From Mobula hypostoma (Eukaryota), in NCBI RefSeq assembly GCF_963921235.1, contig NC_086109.1, positions 6,016,001 through 6,080,000 of the forward strand: DNA of 64,000 nt, in the 5' to 3' direction. Below the pieces are notes generated by a model. It saw only the letters and a list, made by a program, of their open reading frames with translations. It was not told where the DNA came from and made no database searches. The position numbers and the translations under genes were made by a program. This document shows, piece after piece, positions 52,723 through 64,000 of the stretch (position 1 is the stretch's first letter; each line of letters opens with the position of its first letter).

Positions 52723-53314
52723 TGTAAGGGGTTTATTCTTTTATGTTACCGTGCGTGGAAATTAAAACGGCTTCTTTGTTGTGTTAAATGCTGAGGAAGT
52801 CTGTAGCTAGCACTTTCCTTGGGTTATAACAGATAGCAGATGTACTATGAACCAATGGGTGTCCATGTTATTCTTTCTTGGGGTGATATGCTGTCTCATA
52901 TGGCTGGGAACCAGGGGCTTTTGGCGGGGAGTTGGAGGAGAGACCGTGAGGACGATGGACGTGTGGGGAAATCTCAGGTTGATGACTCCGGGTAGTCCCG
53001 AGCTGCGAGTCGAAGGGGTCAGAGTGGTCCCGAAGAGGTCCCCCAGCTCCAACGTGTGCACGAAGGAATTGAACTTTGGTAAGTCTGGCGCCTTTTCCAC
53101 TCCTTTTTTTGTACTGAACTGCTATTAATCTCACAGACTTAGTAATATCTATAAAGTGCAACTGGTAAAACGTACAGTGTGTGCTGGCTGATGATTGATG
53201 TTTGAAGCTGAACCAGGTGGCATTTGTACAGCAACCGACGTAACCGGGAGACAAGGTGGGCGGCCAACGGGGTTTCCCCTAGATAAATACGAGCCAATAT
53301 AGCTGAGCGTTACA
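52723..53314 (+). mobile_element. Gypsy-like solo LTR (592 bp) inserted in a SINE
   Basis: TGTAA...TTACA ends; imperfect 4-bp TSD GGTG/GTTG; host SINE continues either side. Confidence 0.7.
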
Positions 53315-53837
53315 GTTGTACAAGTGACAAAGGTAACCAAATCGTCTTTTTTTTTCCTAAAATCCTTAATCCATACAGATCATTTGATTGCATCAGTGCA
53401 GGGGAAAAACAGTGCCAGAATGCAGAATAAAGTGTTGCAGAGAAAGTGCAGTGAAGGTAGACAATGACGTGCAAGGTCAAAATGAGACCGATGAGGTCAA
53501 GAGTGCATCTTATTGTAGTAGGGACCATTCAACAGTGGGGTAGAACCTGCCCTTGAACCTGGTGGCTCATGTTTTCAGGCTTTTGTATCTCCTGCCCGAT
53601 GAGCTGGGGAAGGAGAAGGGCCCTGTTTTGTTTCAAACTTCAAGCATCAGCTTTCTTTGCTTTTTCCAGGGAAGGAGCTGTTCCGAAACGTGCTGGTGTG
53701 GAACTTCAGGTTTCTGTACCTCCTGTCTGATGTCACACTGATGCTAAAATACTTGCACAAGAATTTTTTTTTATAAATTTGTGATCATATCTGCTGGAGT
53801 CCGGCACTTGAACTTTTTAATTCCAGGATAAATGTAG

Positions 53838-54240
53838 ATTGGGTGGCCGAGTGGATATACGTCTCCACCAAAGACGGTGCAAGGAACACTTCCCTCCGCT
53901 AGCCTGCAGGTCACCCTTGGGCAAGGTGTAGCACCTGCTTAGCCCCCCAATCAGGGTCACGAGAAGCCACAGGAACACGTGGTGGATGGTCATACGAGCA
54001 GCTGGTGCAGATCACAAGTCCTGATTATGCGACCACTGACACCAGGCAGACAATCTCTGAAGAGTATTGATAATGGCTGGGCTCACCCATCTTGTAAAGA
54101 CACTGCCCAGAAGAAGGCAATGGCAAACCACTTCTGTAGAAACATTTGCCAAGAACAATCAAAGACCATGATCGCTTACAGCATACAACGCGGCACATAA
54201 TGATGATGTCATACAACACAGCACATAATGATGATGATGC
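53838..54240 (+). mobile_element. RTE/BovB-related non-autonomous retroposon (family A)
   Basis: Apparently near full-length copy with GAAGGCAATGGCAAACCACTTC motif and duplicated CACATAATGATGATG tail. Confidence 0.65.
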
Positions 54241-55069
54241 ACATAGAAGATCATCAGTAGAGCACAGGAACTGGCCCCTTGACCCATAATGCCTGTGCTA
54301 ATTGTGATGTCAAATTAAACTAAATCTCTTCTGCCTGCACATGATCCATATCCCTCTGTTGCTTGGATAGTCACTAACGCCTACCAACCCATAACGTGGA
54401 ATGGAACTGGAATACCCAGAGTCACAGGGACAACATACAAACTCCACACAGAAAGCAACTGGAATTCAGCCCGGGTTACTGGCATTGTAAAGCGTTTCGC
54501 TAACTGCTACGCTGGCGTGTCACCCACACGGTCCTTCGTTACCGTGGATAAATGCTCAAGTGATCAGAGGGCTGAGGGTTACGAGGAACTGGCAGAGAAA
54601 AAGGGGTTGAGGTAGGTAGCGATCACACTCAGTGAGGGGCCAGTACATCGGCAGGAGATTGCACAGTCACGGAGAGGCTGGGTTTACACAGAAGTGATAT
54701 AAATAACAAATTCAGATGATACAGAAATGGCGGTGATGTATCAACAGATCTATGCAGGCAATTCTGGTACCTGTAGTTACACTGCAGGCTCCCGTTTCCT
54801 CACACTTGTTTCTGGGATGGCCAGAAACCACAACAATGCAGCAAAGATCCTCTCCCGTCACATACCACCAGGCTCAAGGACAGTTTCTATCTCACTATCA
54901 TCAGAGTCCTGAACAGACCTTCCTCACAATAAGATGGATGCTTAGCCTCACAGTTTCCCTCATTATCTTGCACTCTTTTAGTAGCTGTACACTCGATTCC
55001 GCATTGTTACTGCTTTACGTTATTCCAGCACAATGCTCGGATCTGTATGAACAGCTGGGCCAACGGGGT

Positions 55070-55550
55070 GAGCTGGCCTTCATTAGTCAGAGGACTGGGT
55101 TCATGAGGCAATGCCGCAGCTCCAGAAAACCCTGGGTCAGGCCACACTTGGAATACTGTGTCCGGTTCTGGTCACCTCATTACAGGAAGGACGTGGAAGC
55201 TTCAGAGCAGGCGCAGAGGAGATTTACCGGGATGCTGCCTGGATTAGAGAGTGTGTCTTAGGAGGGAAGGCCGAGCAAGCTGGGGTTTCTCTCTCTGGAG
55301 TGAAGGAGGATGATGAGAGGTGATAAGGTAGAGGTGTACAAGAAAGCAAGAGGCACAAATCGACAGGAAGGGGCTTGTACATTCATCAGGACTGGTGCTA
55401 GAGGCAGATACATTACAGATATCTAAGTGACTGTTAGAGAGGTGGATGCATGGAAAGCAACTGCAAGGAGGAAGAGTTAGACTGAAATGAGAGTAGGTTA
55501 AAAGGTTGGTACAATGTCATGGGCCAGAGGGCCTGAACTGTGCTGTTCTA
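55070..55550 (+). mobile_element. CR1 LINE 3' fragment
   Basis: VRPHLEYCVRFWSPHYRKDVEA..QRRFTGMLPGL. Confidence 0.85.
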
Positions 55551-57314
55551 TGCTAACAAAACAGCGTAGATACCGAGAAGCTGCTCCACCATTCAGTACG
55601 ACAATGACAAACTAATTCCATCCGAAATTCAACATTTCTACCCCAGCAAAAAGACACCACCTCATCAGATCTCCCCTCAGCCTCTGACACGCCATCTTAG
55701 ACTGGTGAAAAGCCCAGCACAGCATCGTGGGCTGAAGGGCCTGTATTACACTACAATGTTCTATTTATACAATGCTGAAATCAACTCAGTAATTATCATG
55801 AATCATTCAAACCACTTCATCAGTAATTTTCAAGTACACTAGACATCTATTTATTATCAAATTCTTCTCTAGAACAGTAATTACCTACTTACTCCCAAAT
55901 TTCACAGTCACAACAAATATCCCTGTGACTGAAAACTGACCTTTTATCAATTATAATTCTGAACCACTTCACCAATAACACAGTCAATACATCCAGACAC
56001 AATTCATTTTCAGCTATTACAAGATGTCAGACTGCACTTGGGAGGACTGTGAGCAGCTTTGGGCCCCATATCTAAAGGGGGTGGATGTGCTGGCATTGGG
56101 GAAGAGTCCAAAGTCTTAAGCACATATATAGCTCGGGTGCCTAAGACTTTTGCACAGTACAGCATTTGTCAACGAGGAGCGGAGAGCGAGTTTGTAAATT
56201 TGGCGGGAGCAAACGATGTTGGGACTGGCGAGGGTGGAGTACCGTGGGAGAGGTGTGGGATAGGTGGCAGAGAAGGTGTGCCAGGGATGGGGGTGGCACA
56301 GGTGCGGACACACCCAGCCCTGAGACACCAGGCAAAGTAATTTGATTCCAAACAATTGGTTTATTGATCATTACAGAATGTCTCTATGGTGCTTCCCTCT
56401 CCTTTCCCATTTTCCCCAACCATGATTCCCCTCTCCCTGTTCCCTTCCCACTCTCAGTCCACAATAGAGACCCATATCGGAATCAGGTTCATCATCACTC
56501 ACATATGTCATGAAATTTGTTTTGCTTTGCGGAGGAACTACAGTATATATATCTACTGCCTATGACTTTCACACAGTAGTACATCTAATGAAGGATGTGC
56601 TAGCATTGGAGAGAATCTAGAGGAAGTTCACAAGAATGAAAGGGTTTACATATGAAGCACGTTTGATGTCTCTGGGCCCGTACTCACTGAAGTTTAGAAA
56701 AATAGGGGTGGGGTGGGGAAATCCCATTGAAACCACCAAACATTGAAAGAGCAAGATAGAGTGGACGTGCAGAGGAAGCTTTCTATAGTAGGGGAGCCTA
56801 GGACCAAAGGCGGCTGTGGAGGTGGAGTCACTGGATATATTTAAAGTGGAGGTTGACAGGTTCTTGATTAGGCAGAGTGTCAAAGGTTACGGGGAGAAGG
56901 CAGCAGAATGAGATTGAGATGAAAAATAAATCAGCCCTGATCGAATGGTGGAGCAGACTCGATGGGCTGAGTGGCCTCCAATTCGGCTCCAACGGTCTAG
57001 TTTTATGCAAGATTTTTCCTGGAGCGGCAGGGACCAAGGGGAGATCTGTTGGAGGTTAATAAGACCATGAGAACAGCCAGACAGCATCTTCTTCCCAGGG
57101 TTGAAATGTCTAATACCAGAGGACATGCATTTATGGTGAGTTCGAAGGAGATGTGGGAAGCAAGTGTTTTTTTTTAAAATACAGAGAGTGATGGGTGCCT
57201 GGGGTGGTCGAGGCAGAGACATGAGACTTTCAGGAGCTGTTTAGACAAGCACGTGAATGTGAGGCAAATGGAAATTGTTCAGACACAGAAGATTAGTTTA
57301 GCTGGCCATTGGAA

Positions 57315-57900
57315 TCAAAATCAGGTTTAATATCACTGGCAAATGTTATGAAATTTGTTGTTTTGCAGCAGCAGTCATTTCAATGCATAATAATAAAACT
57401 ATAAATTACAATTAAAAATAAGTTAAATTAGTGCAAAAAGAGAGGGGGAAAGTAGTGAGATGGTGTACATGGCTCCAATGTTCATTCAGAAATCTGATGA
57501 CAGAGGGGAAGAAGCTCTTCCTGAATCACTGAGTGTGTGCCTTCAGGCTCCTGTACCTCCCACCTGATGGTAGCAATGAGAAGAGGGCATGTCCTGGGTG
57601 ATGGGGGTCCTTAGTGTTGGATGCTGCTCTTTTGGGGCATTGCTCCTTGAAGGTGTCCTGAGTGCTGGGGAGGCCAGTGCCCATGATAGAACTGACCTGA
57701 GTTCACAAATTTCTACAGCTCTTTTCCGACCTTGTGCAGTGGCCCCTCCATGCCACGTAGTGATGTAACCAGTGGAATGCTCTCCACAGTACATCTGTAG
57801 AAATTTGGTGACGTACCAATTCTCCTCCAACTCCCAATGAAGCATAGCCATTGTCGTGCCTTCTTTGTAATTGCATCAATATGTTGGGCCCAGGAGATGA
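57315..57900 (-). mobile_element. Rex1/L2-type LINE 3' fragment
   Basis: WAQHIDAITKKARQWLCF..NFYRCTVESI. Confidence 0.8.
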
Positions 57901-58845
57901 TTACTAATTTATTTGGTTCAGCAGAACATTGAGGGCTGAAGGGCCTGTACTGTTCTCTAAACAGCAAGTATAATGCACCATCAAACCAGGTCAGTAAAAA
58001 CGAGGATGAAAGGCAAAGAATGGAATAGAACAAAAGGCAAGGACAGTCAACAGGAAGGCTGGGGGGGGCGGGGGGGCACGACGACTGCAAACCATTCACC
58101 TTGGCTCCAGAGAAACTTCAAAGGCAGAAACAAGAAGCAGCCCTCAACGGATGCCCCTTCTTGTTTTCTTGCCTGAGCGCAGGCACGTGTAGAGAGGAAC
58201 CTTGGAACTAGTGCTTGGAAAAAGTGTTCAAGGCAGAAAGCCATCCAAGGCAACAGCACAAATGTGAAATCTTGGAACTGTAACGGCACGCCAGCAGTGC
58301 GCAGACAAACTTGTTTCTGTGCCCAGATAGACTGAATAAAGCAACATCAATAAAGTCAAGAAAGTAGGAATTTTTGGCTATTACAACACGTCGTCAATTG
58401 AATTAAACTATTCTAGCATTGTAAGTCGTAGTAAGCTGGTTATAAATTCACATACACAAACCAGATTGCTTAGGAAGAGATGCAGAAGAACTGTTAGGAT
58501 GAGGGAACAACTTCTTCCCTCAGGCCATAAGATGACTGAACGCTGAACATTGGGTTGAAATACTGAGCATTCTCTGATTTCATTTCAGATTCCTAACATA
58601 TTTTCCCCCCTTCTCTCTCAGCCAGACCCGTGGGAAGTTAACATGTCCCTATTTTATTTCACCAGGCACCACCACATCTTCGGACTGTTTGTCCTCCGCA
58701 TGGCAGCTGACACCTTCACAAACTCCGCATCTTTCTCCGATCACCCCACCAATCTTTTCACACTCTTCAAAGGACCCACCCTGGGCTCTTTGGGGAACAG
58801 GGGAGGGTAGCGAACATGGTCAAGGACATAAGACTGTAAAACACA

Positions 58846-58912
58846 CAGTACTGCGCAAAAGTACTAGGCACATACATGCAGCTCGGGTGCCTAAGACTCT
58901 TGCACAGCACTG
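58846..58912. mobile_element. Tiny Tc1/mariner-like MITE
   Basis: CAGTACTGCGCAAAAGTACTAGGCAC ... GTGCCTAAGACTCTTGCACAGCACTG; related ends at ~56110-56162 and ~56558-56580. Confidence 0.6.
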
Positions 58913-59112
58913 AAGGAGAAGATTGTGGCCATTCAGCCCATCCTGCCTGCTCTGCCATTCTATCATGGCTGACTTTGGGGAGGACCGGTGCAGCATCTGC
59001 CTGGCCCGTGCGTAACCCCAAAATCAGGTTATTATTACTTGATAGAGGTTGCTAAGAGACACAGATCGAGTGTCAGCCAGGTTTTCTCCCCCTAAAGCAG
59101 AAACGGCTAATG

Positions 59113-59512
59113 CCCCACCTCCCCCTCATACCCCATCTGTTATTTATTTATATACACACATTCTTTCTCTCTCTCTCCTTTTTCTCCCTCTGTCCCTCTG
59201 ACTATACCCCTTGCCCATCCTCTGGGAATTTTCCCCCCCTCCCCCTTTTCCTTCTCTCTGGGCCTCCTGTCCCATGATCCTCTCATATCCCTTTTGCCAA
59301 CCACCTGTCCAGCTCTTGGCTCCATCCCTCCCCCTCCTGTCTTCTCCTATCATTTCAGATCTCCCCCTCCCTCTCCCACTTTCAAATCTCTTACTAACTC
59401 TTCCTTCAGTTAGTCCTGACGAAGGGTCTCGGCCCAAAACGTCGACTGTACCTCTTCCTAGAGATGCTGCCTGGCCTGCTGCATTCACCAGCAACTTTGA
59501 TGTGTGTTGCTT
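59113..59512 (+). mobile_element. Penelope pseudo-LTR/3' UTR (same young family as 7433-7690)
   Basis: Pyrimidine tract then CTTCAGTTAGTCCTGACGAAGGGTCTCGGCCCAAAACGTCGACT; hammerhead 59412-59447 with GAAA changed to AAAA. Confidence 0.8.
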
Positions 59513-61935
59513 TAATACCGGGGATACTTTTAAGGTGACTGGAAGAAAGTCTGGGGGCGGTTGAACATCAGACAATTTTTTTTTAAAACATTGCGGTGGA
59601 ACACCCTGCCAGGGATGGTGAAAAGGGCTGATATGCGAGGGACACTGAACAGACTCTTAGATAGGCACATGGATGACAGAAAAGTGGAGGGTTATGTGGG
59701 AGGGGAAGGGTTAGATTGATCTTGGAGGAGGTTAAGAAGTCAGCACAACATAATGGAAGGAAGGGCCTATATTGTGCTGTACTGGTCTGCATTCAATGTT
59801 CAGCACTTTGCCTGAAGTCACGACCGACCAGCTTCAAAGATATTATTAACATCAGAGGAAAAGCCCGTTGTTACCAACACAAAAACTTCTGTCCATAGTT
59901 CCTTCCCCTTCCAGGTGACAGGCTTGCCCCGGCATAAGGAACCCGACCAGTCCTCACCACTGATCAAACAGAAACGTCCCTCGGCTCATCACTCATTCTG
60001 TCTGTCAGCAGCGTGGTCCATCTACAGCACAAAGTGGAGTTACTCAAACCCTGCTGAAACACCCTGCAATCCCTAGAAATGACTTCCGACACCACCAGCC
60101 GATGTTCCCCCTCCCCCCACACAGCCTCCTGAAATGGAAACATTTACTGTTCCTTCACTGCCCAAATCTTGGCTCTCCCACCCTGCAGCAAAGTGGGACG
60201 ATTAAATCAATTTTTTTTTAGTACGATAAATTGGGACTCTTGACCTCAATCTACCTCGTTATGATCTTGCACTTAATTGTCTGCCTGCACTGCACTTTCT
60301 CCGCAGCTGTTACCCTTTATTCTGTGTTGTTATTGTTTTTCCTTGTTCTGCCTCAGTGGAACAAGCCCTACCTGCCCAACAAGCCACACGGGCTAGCAGC
60401 CTATCTATTTAAACGTAGCCTAACAGCCCAACAAGCTGCACTGGGCAGCAAACCATCTATTTAACGTTAGCCTAACCACAGGACCATTTACAATGCCCAA
60501 TTAACCTACCAACCGGTACATCTTTAGACTGTGGGAGGAAACCTGAGCACCCAGAGGAAACCCACGCAGTCACAGGCAGAATGTACAAATTCCTTACAGA
60601 CAGCACCAGAACTGAACTCTAACAGCCTGAGATTGAGTCATAGAAAAGTATAGCACAGAAACATGCCTTTCAGATGATCAAGCCCGTGCCAAGCCATTTA
60701 GACTACCTACACCAGAACTATAGCCTTCCAAATCCCTGCCATCCATGTACCTAGCAAAACTTCTCTTAAATGTTGAAATCGAGCTTGTCTGCACCACTTG
60801 CTCTGGCAGCTCATTCCCCACTCTCGCAACACTCTGAGTGAAGAAGATTCCCTTCATGCTCCCTTTAAACGTTTCACTTTTCACCCTTAACCCACAACGT
60901 CTAGCTGTAATCCACCCAACCGCAGAGGTAAAAGCATCGCACTAACTGCTACACTACTGTGGCGCCCATGACGTTAGGCCATTCAGCCCATCGAGTCTGC
61001 TCCGCCATTCCATCATGGCTGACTTTGGCGCACAATACATTTCTCTGTGTGTTTCGACGTGCTTATGGTAAATGGCTAAACCAGGTGAGGGTAGCCGACG
61101 GGTCTCAAACCCTCGGTGACATAGGGAGTTGTCTATCCCAGCATGTGAAGACAGATTCCGGCGGATTGAGCGGACGAGGCCAATGGAAGGTCCAACGGTC
61201 GAGAAGGCGGTCTCTGCAAGCGTTGAGGAATATGTGGGGCAGGACAAGACACAGAAAACATCCTGGTCATCCACTGCACCTAGTCCCACCTCCAGCTGTC
61301 TCGACTCTGTCTTGCCACTGGACCCAGATGGGAATTGGGAAGAGAGAGTGAGGCTGACGCTGCGCAACTCTCCCTCACTTAAATCCCAATCACGCGCTAG
61401 TCTGGACACCATCAAATGGTGTCGAGGTCCTCATCGACGTCGATGGTAAATGAGTGAACGTGAATCTGCTCAAAAGGGGCAGCAGTTTCATAGCCCTGTG
61501 TCTGAAACCGCACTGTGCAGAAACATAATCGACAGTGCTGCTGACAACGACCCACAAGGACATCCCAAATCCATCAGAACTTTCAAAGAACAACTTATAT
61601 TTGAATATTTCATGCCCCCGTTAATCTTCAGGCCATGCCACCCAGGGACTTCTGCTAATAATATTTTTTGTGACTGCATCTGTTACCGTAACTACGTGTG
61701 CCGTGTGTTATGTGTGACCGTATGTACTGCGTTTTGCAGCTTGGCCCCGGAAGAACACTGTTTCATTCAGCTGTATACACGTGTCTGGTTCTTGAACAAA
61801 ACGGGAGAATTACACTTATCTATTGAGATGTCCCCACAACGATCTCGCTTTAAGGACTCCTTGTTATTTCATGTTAACATTATTTATTGCTATGTATTTA
61901 TATTTGCATTTGCACAGTTTGTTGCTTTCTATGCT

Positions 61936-63220
61936 TGTGAAAGGAAAATCATGTCTGACGAATCTCATAGAATTTTTTGAGGATGTAACTAGTAGAGTGG
62001 ATAGGGGAGAACCAGTGGATGTGGTATATTTGGATTTTCAAAAGGCTTTTGACAAGGTCCCACACAGGAGATTAGTGTGCAAACTTAAAGCACACGGTAT
62101 TGGGGGTAAGGTATTGGTGTGGGTGGAGAATTGGTTAGCAGACAGGAAGCAAAGAGTGGGAATAAACGGGACCTTTTCAGAACGGCAGGCGGTGACTAGT
62201 GGGGTACCGCAAGGCTCAGTGCTGGGACCCCAGTTGTTTACAATATATATTAATGACTTCGATGAGGGAATTAAATGCAGCATCTCCAAGTTTGCGGATG
62301 ACACGAAGCTGGGTGGCAGTGTTAGCTGTGAGGAGGATGCTAAGAGGATGCAGGGTGACTTGGATAGGTTGGGTGAGTGGGCAAACTCATGGCAGATGCA
62401 ATTTAATGTGGATAAATGTGAAGTTATCCACTTTGGTGGCAAAAATAGGAAAACAGATTATTATCTGAATGGTGGCCGATTAGGAAAAGGGGAGGTGCAA
62501 CGAGACCTGGGTGTCATTATACGCCAGTCATTGAAAGTGGGCATGCAGGTACAGCAGGCGGTGAAAAAGGCGAATGGTATGCTGGCATTTATAGCGAAAG
62601 GATTCGAGTACAGGAGCAGGGAGGTACTACTGCAGTTGTACAAGGTCTTGGTGAGACCACACCTGGAGTATTGTGTGCAGTTTTGGTTCCCTAATCTGAG
62701 GAAAGACATCTTTGCCATAGAGGGAGTACAAAGAAGGTTCACTAGATTGATTCCTGGGATGGCAGGACTTTCATATGAAGAAAGACTGGATGAACTGGGC
62801 TTGTACTCGTTGGAATTTAGAAGATTGAGGGGGGATCTGATTGAAACGTATAAGATCCTAAAGGGATTGGACAGGCTAGATGCAGGAAGATTGTTCCCGA
62901 TGTTGGGGAAGTCCAGAACGAGGGGTCACAGTTTGAAGATAGAGGGGAAGCCTTTTAGGACCGAGATTAGGAAAAACTTCTTCACACAGAGAGTGGTGAA
63001 TCTGTGGAATTCTCTGCCACAGCAAACTGTTGAGGCCAGTTCATTGGCTATGTTTAAGAGGGAGTTAGATATGGCCCTTGTGGCTACAGGGGTCAGGGGG
63101 TATGGAGGGAAGGCTGGGGCGGGGTTCTGAGTTGGATGATCAGCCATGATCATAATAAATGGTGGTGCAGGCTCGAAGGGCCGAATGGCCTACTCCTGCA
63201 CCTATTTTCTATGTTTCTAT
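61936..63220 (+). mobile_element. Young 5'-truncated CR1 LINE with uninterrupted RT ORF2 segment
   Basis: KSCLTNL..YLDFQKAFDKV..GVPQGSVLGP..KFADDTK..RPHLEYC to stop at 63130; CTATGTTT-type tail; TTTCTATGCT on both sides. Confidence 0.96.
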
Positions 63221-64000
63221 GCTCTGCTTGACCTTTCATTGACCCTGTTTACAGTTACTATTCTATAGATTTGCTGAGTATACCCGCAGGCAAATGAATC
63301 TCAGGGATGTATGTGCTGACATGCATGTACTCTAATAATAATTTTTGATTAAATTTGAACCTGAAGGTAGAAGAAATGTGTCATTATCATGGAGAACATT
63401 CTATAATGTGAAGGGAATGTTTCAGAACAGGGATCGCTGGAAATCCTCAGCTAGATTTGCTAGCCCACTGAGACCACAGAGTCAGTCAGAAATGACTCGG
63501 ACAAGTCAGACTGGTTCTCTGATAAAACTAACCACATTCAAACAGTAACACAACAGCTCATTCTTGAACTTTAATTTTGATACAGCCGATATACTATGCC
63601 TCCTACAAACAACAGGCAAGATATATGACATTAAAAAAAGATTCACCAACACAGACCTGTCGAGTAATAAGGTCACCGATCAGAACTGTGGCTTCAGCCC
63701 CACTATCGCCAATCCACAGTCACTGGACTGTCCTGTAATCGGGAAATCCACCTCTGAACTGTATTAATTAATGTCTCTGCATTCGTAATTTTTTTTGTGG
63801 GGGGGGGCACAGAGATCCGGCTTCCAAGAGAGAACCTCAGGAGTAAAATTGCTGAATCCACTTCCTCAATGCAGATAAACTCAATGCGCAGTGTCCTAGT
63901 GATGATCCCTGATTTAACAGTCCCCAGAGGAGGTACTAGACCAGTCCAAAAACCATCACGACCCAAACAGCACAAAGCTCCTTAGAGCAATCCTGCAAGA

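Noticed and set aside
53838..53945. HDV-like ribozyme at the 5' end of family A
   Set aside because: A P1-like pairing exists, but I could not place P3/L3, P1.1 or J4/2
58137..58277. Minus-strand open exon-like segment
   Set aside because: No recognisable protein and no linked exons

Overview
Eukaryotic, repeat-saturated DNA, apparently intronic or intergenic. The repeat mix (CR1, Rex1/L2, RTE derivatives, Penelope, Tc1) suggests a cartilaginous fish, probably a ray (inference). I cannot identify an intact host protein-coding exon with confidence, and nearly all ORFs in the track are repeat fragments or noise. Supported content: many nested LINE/SINE fragments, including a young CR1 RT and three near-identical Rex1-like copies; a decayed Tc1; a Chapaev3-like transposase relic; hAT and Tc1 MITEs; solo LTRs with TSDs; a ~1.08 kb non-autonomous Helitron with 23-aa STPR-like repeats; and a processed RBM25 pseudogene. 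The most striking RNA-level signal is a family of Penelope-like pseudo-LTRs carrying minimal type I hammerhead ribozymes. One young fold-back insertion (7433-7690) holds two intact hammerhead cores on opposite strands inside a perfect ~109-bp-arm hairpin flanked by a 14-bp TSD. All family names come from motif recognition by eye, not from database searches.
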